From a virus: 41,500 nucleotides of DNA. The notes beneath the pieces were generated by a model, which was not told the DNA's origin, ran no database searches, and saw only the letters and a list, made by a program, of their open reading frames with translations. Shown in pieces: positions 26,770 through 35,405 of this stretch. Where the stretch lies: UHGV virus genome UHGV-0377100, one strand, 5' to 3'. The position numbers were made by a program, and so were the translations under genes. The number at the start of each line of letters is the position of its first letter. Within the stretch, counting starts at the first letter, position 1.

Positions 26770-28029
26770 ATGAAAAAGAAAATTTTAGTGGGAGCGTTAA
26801 TCGCTCTATTTTTTATGCCTTTAAATGTATTTGCTGCAAAGGGTGATCAAGGTGTTGATTGGGCCATTTATCAAGGTGATCAAGGGCGTTTTGGTTATGC
26901 ACATGATAAATTCGCTATCGCTCAAATTGGCGGCTACAATGCTAGTGGTATTTACGAGCAGTATACCTATAAAACGCAAGTAGCAAGTGCCATTGCTCAA
27001 GGAAAACGAGCACACACCTATATTTGGTATGACACTTGGGGAAACATGGATATTGCGAAAACAACGATGGATTACTTCTTACCACGTATTCAAACGCCTA
27101 AAAATTCCATTGTTGCTTTAGACTTTGAGCATGGCGCTAATTCTGATGTAAACGCAAATACAGAAACGATTTTGTATGGTATGCGCCGCATCAAACAAGC
27201 AGGTTACACGCCAATGTATTATTCATACAAACCTTTTACATTGCAATATGTAGATTATCAGCAAATTATTAAAGAATTTCCTAACTCTTTATGGATTGCT
27301 GCATATCCTAGTTATGAAGTAACACCAAGTCCATTGTATGACTATTTTCCAAGTATGGATGGTATTGCAATTTGGCAATTTACATCTACTTATATTGCAG
27401 GCGGCTTAGATGGTAACGTAGATTTAACAGGAATTACGGATAGTGGTTATACAGATACCAATAAACCAGAAACGGACACGCCAGCAACAGATGCAGGTGA
27501 AGAAATCGAAAAAATACCGAATTCAGATGTTAAAGTCGGCGACACAGTTAAAGTGAAATTTAATGTAGATGCATGGGCAACTGGTGAAGCTATTCCAGAT
27601 TGGGTAAAAGGAAACAACTACAAAGTGCAAGAAGTAACTGGAAGCAGAGTATTGTTAGAAGGTATCCTGTCATGGATTAGCAAAGGCGATATTGAATTAT
27701 TGCCAGATGCAACAATTGTTCCCGATAAGCAACCAGAATCTACTCACGTAGTGCAATATGGTGAAACATTATCCAGCATTGCTTACCAATACTGTACTGA
27801 CTATCAAACCTTAGCTTCGCTAAATGGGTTGGCTAATCCAAATCTTATTTACCCTGGACAAACTTTGAAAGTAAATGGATCAGTAGTAAGCAATGTTTAC
27901 ACAGTTCAATACGGTGATAATTTATCAAGTATTGCATCTAAGCTTGGTACGACATACCAAGCTTTAGCACAACGAAACAGGTTAACTAATCTTAACTTGA
28001 TTTATCCAGGGCAAACATTAATTTATTAG
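26770..28029 (+). CDS. Endolysin with an N-terminal signal peptide, a GH25 (Cpl-1-like) muramidase domain and two C-terminal LysM repeats.
   Basis: MKKKILVGALIALFFMPLNVFAA signal peptide. YYSYKPFT..VDYQQI..FPNSLWIA.Y...FPSMDGI matches Cpl-1-type GH25. Two YxVQxGxxLSSIA...LIYPGQTL LysM motifs. Confidence 0.85.
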   Translation: MKKKILVGALIALFFMPLNVFAAKGDQGVDWAIYQGDQGRFGYAHDKFAIAQIGGYNASGIYEQYTYKTQVASAIAQGKRAHTYIWYDTWGNMDIAKTTMDYFLPRIQTPKNSIVALDFEHGANSDVNANTETILYGMRRIKQAGYTPMYYSYKPFTLQYVDYQQIIKEFPNSLWIAAYPSYEVTPSPLYDYFPSMDGIAIWQFTSTYIAGGLDGNVDLTGITDSGYTDTNKPETDTPATDAGEEIEKIPNSDVKVGDTVKVKFNVDAWATGEAIPDWVKGNNYKVQEVTGSRVLLEGILSWISKGDIELLPDATIVPDKQPESTHVVQYGETLSSIAYQYCTDYQTLASLNGLANPNLIYPGQTLKVNGSVVSNVYTVQYGDNLSSIASKLGTTYQALAQRNRLTNLNLIYPGQTLIY

Positions 28030-28041
28030 GAGAGTGGTAGT

Positions 28042-28422
28042 ATGAAATCAGAAATAAAAAAACATATTCGTCAATTATTATGTGATTATAAAAAAATAGA
28101 AAAACAATTGAAAAAGTATGAAGATGCATTAGTTTACCCCCAATCTTCTTTTTCTTTATACTTTGAAGAAAAGTCAAATGAAAAAATAAGTTTGAACCAA
28201 ATAGTTTTTCATAAGTTTTTTTTAAATACAGTTGAAGAGGTTTTATCAGATGCAACATCGGATGTACGTGATATTTTTATTTCTAAGTATAAAAATGGCT
28301 ATCCACGTAAAAAGAATGAAATTGTGGCCTATGAAACTTATTTAAGTTTATCAACGATTAAAAGAAGGGATAGTGAATTCTTAGAGGAATTAGCACGACA
28401 ATTAGGTTGGCTAGAAGTTTGA
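28042..28422 (+). CDS. Second ArpU/RinA-like regulator (paralog) or sigma-region-4-like HTH protein.
   Basis: N-terminus KKHIRQLLCDYKKIEKQLKKYE parallels the ArpU N-terminus. C-terminal HTH LSLSTIKRRDSEFLEELARQ. Confidence 0.35.
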   Translation: MKSEIKKHIRQLLCDYKKIEKQLKKYEDALVYPQSSFSLYFEEKSNEKISLNQIVFHKFFLNTVEEVLSDATSDVRDIFISKYKNGYPRKKNEIVAYETYLSLSTIKRRDSEFLEELARQLGWLEV

Positions 28423-28510
28423 GCAAAAAAAAAGTGTATTTAGTTGTAGACTTTAGATAAGGACATATGTTCTCCATGGACGCATGGACAGAATATTAAG
28501 GAGGGGAATT

Positions 28511-29776
28511 ATGGCAGACACATGGTTAAGTCCTCTTGCTGTTTCTTATCAAGCAACTCAAGAATGGGATGAACCTGATTATTTGAGCGGAGGGCAAGCA
28601 GGAATTCACGGAGGCATTGACTTAGCTCCAAAAGCAGGTACTAATCCACCTGTTTATTCAGCTAAATCTGGGACAGTAGAAGAGGTAGTACCAAATCATC
28701 CAATTGGTGGTAATTACATTGTTATCAGACATATGGATAACTACTGGACCTATTATGGACATTTAGCAACTATAAATGTATCAGTAGGACAACAAGTAAC
28801 AAATCAAACGGTTCTTGGATTATGTGGAGCAACTGGGGGTGCCACAGGTATCCATCTTCATTTTGAAGTATGGCGTGGTGGTAAATGGCAGAGAATCAAT
28901 CCACGAGAAGTAATTAATTTAGATGGATCTGGCAGAGACTCTAGTAATAACGGTGGCAATGGTGGAATTTATACAGGCGGAGCTTTATTAAATGCAGGAA
29001 AAAGCATTTCAGAATCAAATATTCGTCTAATCATTTCTGCTGGAAAAAAATATAATATCAAGCCAAGTTTTATGATTGCACAAATGTTTATTGAAAGTCA
29101 TTGGGGAGATCCAAGCATTTCAATTGTTGGAAGTAAAGACAATAATTGGGCAGGAATTTCAGAACCTTTTAGCGTTCCAGCTGATTTAGGAATTAATATG
29201 AGTCGTGGATCAGCAAGACCAGTTGGTGAAGGTGGTTATTATATTCATTTTGCAACCATGAACGATTTTTTTAAAGCATATGCATTTGTATTATCAAAAA
29301 GAAATGGCTTATATAATGTTGAAGGTGCAAATTCAATTGAAGAATACTGTAAAGGCTTATTTCGCATAGGTGGAGCAAATTCAGACTATGCCGCGACAGG
29401 CTATCAAAATTATTTTAATATGTTAATACCAACTTATAATTCAATAAACAAACAAAATCCTGGTAAACTTGCACAAATTGATGCAAGTACTGAAGAAATT
29501 ACTAATAATGGAGGACTGACAACTATGCAATGTTTATATGAACGACCAATTAATCCGAATACTGGAGCTTTAGATATAAATGGCTCAGCAACTACAATGA
29601 TGTTTTGTAATGGGGTCAATACACGACGAGTATATCATAATGATGAAGTTAATATTGTTAAAGAGCTATATCGTAAAAACAATGGAAAAGAAATCCCGGT
29701 ATATTATAAAAAAGATTGGCCTAAAACTTCGCCATGGTATATTCGACTAGAGGCAATGTTTCCAGTAGTGAAATGA
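28511..29776 (+). CDS. Bifunctional lysin with an M23 peptidase domain and a glucosaminidase domain, no signal peptide.
   Basis: GIHGGIDLA ... HLHFEV is the M23 zinc motif. IAQMFIESHWGD is a glucosaminidase (FlgJ-like) motif. ATG at 28511 after an AAGGAGGGG RBS. Confidence 0.7.
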   Translation: MADTWLSPLAVSYQATQEWDEPDYLSGGQAGIHGGIDLAPKAGTNPPVYSAKSGTVEEVVPNHPIGGNYIVIRHMDNYWTYYGHLATINVSVGQQVTNQTVLGLCGATGGATGIHLHFEVWRGGKWQRINPREVINLDGSGRDSSNNGGNGGIYTGGALLNAGKSISESNIRLIISAGKKYNIKPSFMIAQMFIESHWGDPSISIVGSKDNNWAGISEPFSVPADLGINMSRGSARPVGEGGYYIHFATMNDFFKAYAFVLSKRNGLYNVEGANSIEEYCKGLFRIGGANSDYAATGYQNYFNMLIPTYNSINKQNPGKLAQIDASTEEITNNGGLTTMQCLYERPINPNTGALDINGSATTMMFCNGVNTRRVYHNDEVNIVKELYRKNNGKEIPVYYKKDWPKTSPWYIRLEAMFPVVK

Positions 29777-29788
29777 TTTTATGTAAAT

Positions 29789-29822
29789 AACCCTATTCCT
29801 GATAGAATAGGGTTATTTTTAT
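29789..29822. terminator. Bidirectional terminator between convergent genes.
   Basis: AACCCTATTC-CTGATA-GAATAGGGTT, flanked by an A-run 5' and a T-run 3'. Confidence 0.6.
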
Positions 29823-29839
29823 TAACAGAAGTTTGAAAT

Positions 29840-31342
29840 TTATTTTGATAAATTAACAATTATACAATCATCTACCACTCTGATGGAATCTTTACTAGGC
29901 CAGACGTTCATTTCCGCTTGTAAAGCTTTGTGTTTTTCAAAATCTTCTGGTGTAGGATCATTAAAATTTAATCCAAATGTTTTCATATAGAGTAAAGTAT
30001 TTAAACTAGTATGCACCGAGTTAGGCATGAATTCAAATAATGAAACACCGTTTGTTTCACCTTTTATATTCGAAACATTCCGAGGAGAACGATTTCCATA
30101 CATTAAAAGTTTATAGGATTCAGGATTTTCAATTTCCATTGAATAAATGTTATTTGTAATCATTTCAGCAGTACGTAAATCTTCTTCCGCTGTTAGATAC
30201 TCAGAATATTCTAGGTTGGTTGTTTCCCGAACTTGAATAAAAGTAAAGAGAATTACTATACCAATTAATAAATGTTTAAGCACAAAGTTGTATCCCCAGT
30301 AAATCATAATAAAGACGAGTAATAACGCTAAAACAGCAGGGAAGTTAGGTACTTCACCTCTAATTGCTGGACGTTTTCCACCTAAAATTGTAAACATGAG
30401 TGGAGTGATTAGAATACCTAACAAGGTAATAAAGATGAAAAAAACATTTTTGCGTTTTAGATAGGACATATTAATTAATACAATGACCAGTAAAAGAACA
30501 CATATCAAAAACAGCGGTGTAAAAAAAGTGTCTCCGACTGGAGGGAAGAATAGTTCTTTGGCGTAATCTTTAATATCGTTGATAGAATCTATAAAGGGAC
30601 GTTTGCCCCAAAGAATCATATTATCTAGATAGGAGCTTTCAACTTTTAAAACTTTTTTCGCTAACATCGCCATTAGTTGAGATAGAACGAGAGATGAAAT
30701 AGCTAGTAGAATAAAATGGCCGATTTTGAAGGCATAGTCTTTAAAAGAAATTTTAAGATCATTTAACTGAGCAAAATACAATGCCATTAAAATTTTGAAT
30801 AAAATTAAGGTACACGCAAATACAAAGAATGATTGATACATAGTAAGTGTAAACGTCAATAACAAAAAGCCAAATAATTTAAAAATTTTATTGGGAATAT
30901 GGTAAATAGTAATGAGAGAAAGTATAACCAAACAGATACCTAATGAAAATTCAAAATTTTGTAGGACGAAGTAAAATTGTTCGCTAAATAATTGACTGGT
31001 TGGAAAAATACTCGGGATAATATATAAATACTTTTTGTTATAAATCTGCTTAGTTGAAAGATCAACATAATAGCATAACAAGATAGCGGCGATAGCAAAG
31101 AAAATAATAGCTAACAAATTTAAAAAATAAACATTTACATAGTTGTATGTTAAAAGCTTTAAAGCTACTAATCCTGGTCTACCAATGGAAACCCAATGTT
31201 TTAAGTAGCCTCTGTAGTTAGTCATTAAGTGCATAGTATCAATAGCGTAAGTATTGTTAAATAGTTTAATACCATAAGTAGCAAAGACCATCAAAAAGCT
31301 GTAGATAGCTAAGCCTTTGTTTTCTTTAAAAAAATATTTCAT
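29840..31342 (-). CDS. Polytopic membrane protein (about 12 TM plus a C-terminal extracytoplasmic domain); possibly a GT-C type glycosyltransferase or cell-wall modification protein.
   Basis: 500 aa, many hydrophobic helices, soluble last 120 aa or so. No family confidently recognised. Confidence 0.5.
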   Translation of the reverse strand: MKYFFKENKGLAIYSFLMVFATYGIKLFNNTYAIDTMHLMTNYRGYLKHWVSIGRPGLVALKLLTYNYVNVYFLNLLAIIFFAIAAILLCYYVDLSTKQIYNKKYLYIIPSIFPTSQLFSEQFYFVLQNFEFSLGICLVILSLITIYHIPNKIFKLFGFLLLTFTLTMYQSFFVFACTLILFKILMALYFAQLNDLKISFKDYAFKIGHFILLAISSLVLSQLMAMLAKKVLKVESSYLDNMILWGKRPFIDSINDIKDYAKELFFPPVGDTFFTPLFLICVLLLVIVLINMSYLKRKNVFFIFITLLGILITPLMFTILGGKRPAIRGEVPNFPAVLALLLVFIMIYWGYNFVLKHLLIGIVILFTFIQVRETTNLEYSEYLTAEEDLRTAEMITNNIYSMEIENPESYKLLMYGNRSPRNVSNIKGETNGVSLFEFMPNSVHTSLNTLLYMKTFGLNFNDPTPEDFEKHKALQAEMNVWPSKDSIRVVDDCIIVNLSK

Positions 31343-31627
31343 TTTTTTCTCCTATCGTTTTATTTCTTAACCATATAAATTTACTTAGTTTTGAAATTTG
31401 AAAAAATTTTTGAATTTTTCATAAATTATACTAACAAACATATATTTGCTAAATAGAAAAAAGCTTTTTTGAAAAAAGTCTTACTAGTTAAATAAAATAA
31501 CCTATAAATTACCAAAAATATATTTATACAGTACATTAATTATAAATTAAGAGCACCTCAAATTCCAGTTTTAATTAAAAACAAGTAATTAGATAGTTCT
31601 TGTTTCGACAAATCACTTATTAATATC

Positions 31628-32951
31628 AGTCAAGTCCAGACTCCTGTGTAAAATGCTATACAATGTTTTTACCATTTCTACTTATCAAAATTGATGTATT
31701 TTCTTGAAGAATAAATCCATTCATCATGTAGGTCCATAAGAACGGCTCCAATTAAGCGATTGGCTGATGTTTGATTGGGGAAGATGCGAATAATCTTTTC
31801 TCTTCTGCGTACTTCTTGATTCAGTCGTTCAATTAGATTGGTACTCTTTAGTCGATTGTGGGAATTTCCTTGTACGGTATATTGAAAGGCGTCTTCGAAT
31901 CCATCATCCAATGATGCGCAAGCTTTTGAATATTTTGGTTGATCGATATAATCATGAATCAATCGATTTTTAGCCTCACGCGCTAAGTTAATATCTGTGA
32001 ACTTAAAAATTCCTTTAACAGCTTCTCTGAAAGATTTTGAATTTTTTTTAGGAATGGTGGTAAAGATATTTCTTAGGAAGTGAACTTGGCATCTTTGCCA
32101 ACTTACGTTGGTGAAGGATTTTCTAATGGCAGAGACTAATCCTTTGTGCGCATCAGAAATAACGAGTTCCGTACCTTGTAAACCGCGTTCTTTTAGGTAT
32201 TCAAAAAATGTTGTCCAGGTCTCTTCGCTTTCGCCACTTTGAATCATGAAGCCGATAATTTCACGGTCGCCATCTTTGGTTATTCCAATCGCTATATGAC
32301 AGCTTTTTGAGAGTACTCGATTTTCTTCTCGTACTTTTATATAGAGTACATCGGTCATTAAGTAAGGATAATTTTTTTCTGATAATAAACGATTCTGCCA
32401 CTCGTTAACCATAGGTTCTAGCTGTTCTGTTAAGCTAGAAACGAAGGACTTAGAGACGGATTTACCACAAAGTTCTTCCACAATTTTTGATACTTTACGA
32501 GTTGAAACGCCTGATACATACATTTCCAACATTGAAGCCATGAGGGCTTTTTCGTTTCGTTGATAACGTTCAAACACTGTGGGTGAAAAATGGCCATCAC
32601 GTGTTCTGGGTACTTTTAATTCTAGCGTGCCTACACGTGTCGTAAAGCTGCGCTCATAATAGCCATTTCGTTGACTTTGTCGGTTTTCTGTTCGTTCATA
32701 TTCTTTTGCTTGAATATATTCTGTTCGTTGATTTTCCATTAGTTGATTAAATACCGTTGTTAAAATATTTTTAGAAACGTCATCCTTTACAGAATATTCA
32801 ATAATGCTTTGAATCTCTTCGCTTTTCAGTGTAAAATGTACTTGGGTCATGTAAAAGTCCTCCTGGGTATGTTTTTGTCGTTAAAAACATTGTACCGTAA
32901 AAGGACTGTTATATGGCCTTTTTACTTTTACACAATTATACGGACTTTATC
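31628..32951 (-). mobile_element. IS256, complete copy of 1324 bp.
   Basis: The terminal inverted repeat GATAAAGTCCGTATAATTGTGTAAAA is present as its reverse complement at 32926-32951. The other end is AGTCAAGTCCAGACTCCTGTGTAAAA at 31628-31653. The 390-aa mutator-family transposase lies inside. Confidence 0.85.
31678..32850 (-). CDS. tnp: IS256 transposase.
   Basis: 390 aa, MTQVHFTLKSEEIQSIIEY..., matching my recollection of the IS256/Tn4001 transposase sequence. Confidence 0.9.
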   Translation of the reverse strand: MTQVHFTLKSEEIQSIIEYSVKDDVSKNILTTVFNQLMENQRTEYIQAKEYERTENRQSQRNGYYERSFTTRVGTLELKVPRTRDGHFSPTVFERYQRNEKALMASMLEMYVSGVSTRKVSKIVEELCGKSVSKSFVSSLTEQLEPMVNEWQNRLLSEKNYPYLMTDVLYIKVREENRVLSKSCHIAIGITKDGDREIIGFMIQSGESEETWTTFFEYLKERGLQGTELVISDAHKGLVSAIRKSFTNVSWQRCQVHFLRNIFTTIPKKNSKSFREAVKGIFKFTDINLAREAKNRLIHDYIDQPKYSKACASLDDGFEDAFQYTVQGNSHNRLKSTNLIERLNQEVRRREKIIRIFPNQTSANRLIGAVLMDLHDEWIYSSRKYINFDK

Positions 32952-33056
32952 ATATCAACAGCTAGTTGTATGAAAAAAACTATATATACTATATATAATT
33001 ATAAAAATAGATAGAGTCAGCTAAGATGACTTAAAAAATTAACATGATGGATATTT

Positions 33057-33638
33057 TTAAGGTGTCTGAGAAGATGCTTCTAGGATTCCAGTTTGTTGTT
33101 CAGATGACATTTGTCCTTTATTTTTAAGTTCAAGCCATTGCTCTAGCGTAATGTTTCCAAGATAACTATAGATTTGATTTTCAGTAGATAAAGTGCCATC
33201 TAAGTTTTTTGTAAATGAGAGAGAGGTATTATTAATTATAAAATTCATTGTAATGCTTCCGTCAGCGTTACTTAGAAAATTAGGACTCTGAATAACTCCA
33301 TTTGGCTGGCCAGATCCAGACATTTTTCCATCAGGATTAATGAAAAAGAAATTACCACTTTGCGGAATACCCCAGCCACCAACAAAAGAAGACAAACTAG
33401 CTGGATCCTCAGTATGTGATTGTTCTTCTTCAGTTTGGGATGATTTTCTGTCAGCAGTTGAAGTAGTTGTTGTGTTAGTGGACAGTATGTTTTTTTCATT
33501 TATACTATAATTAGATGATTTCTTTACTGTAGAAGTGACAGTAGTTGATGACCCTTTTGTATTTTCTGTTTTCGTATTTTCATTAGTACAAGCTGTTAGT
33601 AATAATAATGCAAAGACCAGCGAAAGAGATTTCTTCAT
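33057..33638 (-). CDS. Lipoprotein of unknown function.
   Basis: Signal peptide plus lipobox LLLTAC. Thr/Ser-rich linker. Confidence 0.6.
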   Translation of the reverse strand: MKKSLSLVFALLLLTACTNENTKTENTKGSSTTVTSTVKKSSNYSINEKNILSTNTTTTSTADRKSSQTEEEQSHTEDPASLSSFVGGWGIPQSGNFFFINPDGKMSGSGQPNGVIQSPNFLSNADGSITMNFIINNTSLSFTKNLDGTLSTENQIYSYLGNITLEQWLELKNKGQMSSEQQTGILEASSQTP

Positions 33639-33985
33639 TTGTAATCATTCCTTTCAATCTATTCATAAATTTAGTAATGTAAATAACTGCTGTAAAAAAA
33701 CTATACCATACTATAAAAATATAATAAAAAAAAAGAGTCAAAAAGCTAAGGCTATTAATAGAGGGGCAAAAAAGGGGCAAAAGTTGTAAAAGGTTGTAAA
33801 AAAATATATAGTATTAAATTATAATATTCTTGATTTAACAGTGTTTTTACAAGGCTATAAATAGTCGTAAAATACGCTTGAAAGACTAAGCAAGTGCCGC
33901 CATGTGTCTGAATTATAGTTGATATCAAAGGCTTTAAGCCTTTTTTTATTTGTTTTGAATTAAAAAAGGGGCACGAAAGGGGCAA

Positions 33986-35122
33986 TTACTTGCCATATTT
34001 ATTTAGAGCTTCTACCAGATTTGTTTTAGCTTTTTTTGTAACATGAGTATAAATTTTTAAAGTTGTTTCCGTGTCAACGTGGCCTACACGTTCCATTATT
34101 GCTTTTACTGGTACATTTAATTCTGCAAGTAGTGAAATATGAGAATGTCTAAAAATATGACTTGATATAGTTTTGTTTATTTTATTTTTACCTAGACTTT
34201 CATTAGCTTTCTTTAGAGAGGCATTAAATGAATTAACTTGAATTGGTCTGCCTGTTTTGCCAACAAATAGATAATTTGTTTGCTCTTTGAATTTTATTTC
34301 TCTTTCTAAAATTAACTCTTCGATTATTTTCACAGCTCTATTTGATAATTCTACTTTCCTGAATGATGCTAGAGTTTTAGGTAATTCTTTTGTAGCGTTT
34401 TTATAACCATTAGAATAATCCAGAGTCCCATTAACTAAAATAGCATGTTCATTTTTTACATAATCATTTATAGTAAGACTAATTGCTTCACCAGCTCTTA
34501 ATCCAGTTAAATACATAAACTCTGCTAAACGACCATGATGGACACTTTGAAATGTAGAATAATAATAGTTTAATAATTGATAAACCTCTTTCTCTTCGAG
34601 GTATTTACTTTCTATATTTTCAAAATTTTCTTTTGTTAGTGGGGGTTTAACAACTTTCACTCTATTGATAGGATTTTCATCAATCATCCCCATGTCTTGT
34701 GCATAAGTGAAGGACATGTTAAGCACACTTTTGAATTTTTTCTTATACTCCCACGAATGCGGTAAATCATTAATAAAGTCTTGGAAAAATTTTGTATCTG
34801 TGTTTCTTATGAGTACATCAACATTCATATTGGAAAATATATATTTTAAAATTTTTCCGTAAGCTTTAACTGATGTTTTCCTAATAGATAATTGATGTTG
34901 TTGCCACCAGCTATTTAAGAGATTCTCTAATGATACTTTTTTTTGCTCTTTTTTCTCCATTCGATTATTAATCTTATCCTGTAATTCCATCATCGCTTGT
35001 TTTTTCGCTTGGTTAGACTTCGAATTAAGTGTAACTGAAACGCGTCGATATTTTTCTGTGTATGGATCTTTATATCGCTCAAAGTATTTAAATTTTCCAT
35101 TAGGAAGTTCCTCGATCCACAA
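33986..35122 (-). CDS. int: Tyrosine integrase of prophage B with a TTG start.
   Basis: C-terminal HIFRHSH ... LKIYTHV (R, HxxR, Y). AGGAG RBS 8 nt before the TTG (complement of 35120-35122) giving MWIEELPNGKF. The ORF-track extension to 35290 lacks an RBS. Confidence 0.85.
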   Translation of the reverse strand: MWIEELPNGKFKYFERYKDPYTEKYRRVSVTLNSKSNQAKKQAMMELQDKINNRMEKKEQKKVSLENLLNSWWQQHQLSIRKTSVKAYGKILKYIFSNMNVDVLIRNTDTKFFQDFINDLPHSWEYKKKFKSVLNMSFTYAQDMGMIDENPINRVKVVKPPLTKENFENIESKYLEEKEVYQLLNYYYSTFQSVHHGRLAEFMYLTGLRAGEAISLTINDYVKNEHAILVNGTLDYSNGYKNATKELPKTLASFRKVELSNRAVKIIEELILEREIKFKEQTNYLFVGKTGRPIQVNSFNASLKKANESLGKNKINKTISSHIFRHSHISLLAELNVPVKAIMERVGHVDTETTLKIYTHVTKKAKTNLVEALNKYGK

Positions 35123-35189
35123 TGTTAAAACTCCTTTCGAATGTATGTTCTCAAGTATTGAAAAAAGAAAAGCCCAAAGGCCATTCCTT

Positions 35190-35390
35190 TTACTTAAATA
35201 AATCCCAAAAGCTAAAAGTTGTTTTATTATATACTTTATTATACATAGCTTTCTTTGGGTTCTTAATGAAACCAGTTCCTTTTTGCCCATAACCAGGAAT
35301 TACTGCTTTTTTAAGCTTACGTTTAGCTTTTCCAGTAGTACGAGCACTTATTGATTTTTTTATACTTGGTTTACGCATTCCTACTTTCAT
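35190..35390 (-). CDS. Small highly basic protein (66 aa).
   Basis: MKVGMRKPSIKKSISARTTGKAKRKLKK...PGYGQKGTGFIKNPKKAMYNKVYNKTT. Lies between the Ltp and int genes. Confidence 0.4.
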   Translation of the reverse strand: MKVGMRKPSIKKSISARTTGKAKRKLKKAVIPGYGQKGTGFIKNPKKAMYNKVYNKTTFSFWDLFK

Positions 35391-35405
35391 GTAAAACACG
35401 TCCTT

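Noticed and set aside
31560-31640. IS256-generated hybrid promoter driving the adjacent membrane-protein gene
   Set aside because: The outward TTGACT -35 at the IS end is present, but no acceptable -10 hexamer lies 16-18 bp into the flank.
33640-33985. ORFs 33535..33789, 33583..33780 and 33755..33985 near int
   Set aside because: Low-complexity AT-rich frames with no RBS that overlap the probable att/arm-site region. Treated as non-coding.
29776-33985. Search for a repeated att core marking the end of prophage A and the start of prophage B
   Set aside because: By eye I could not identify a convincing direct repeat shared between the 29.78-29.84 kb and 33.64-33.98 kb gaps. The att sites remain unassigned.
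33986-35290. Integrase N-terminal extension to 35290 as given in the ORF track
   Set aside because: The extension has no RBS and reads as low-complexity. A strong AGGAG-N8-TTG start at 35122 gives the canonical MWIEELPNGKF integrase N-terminus.
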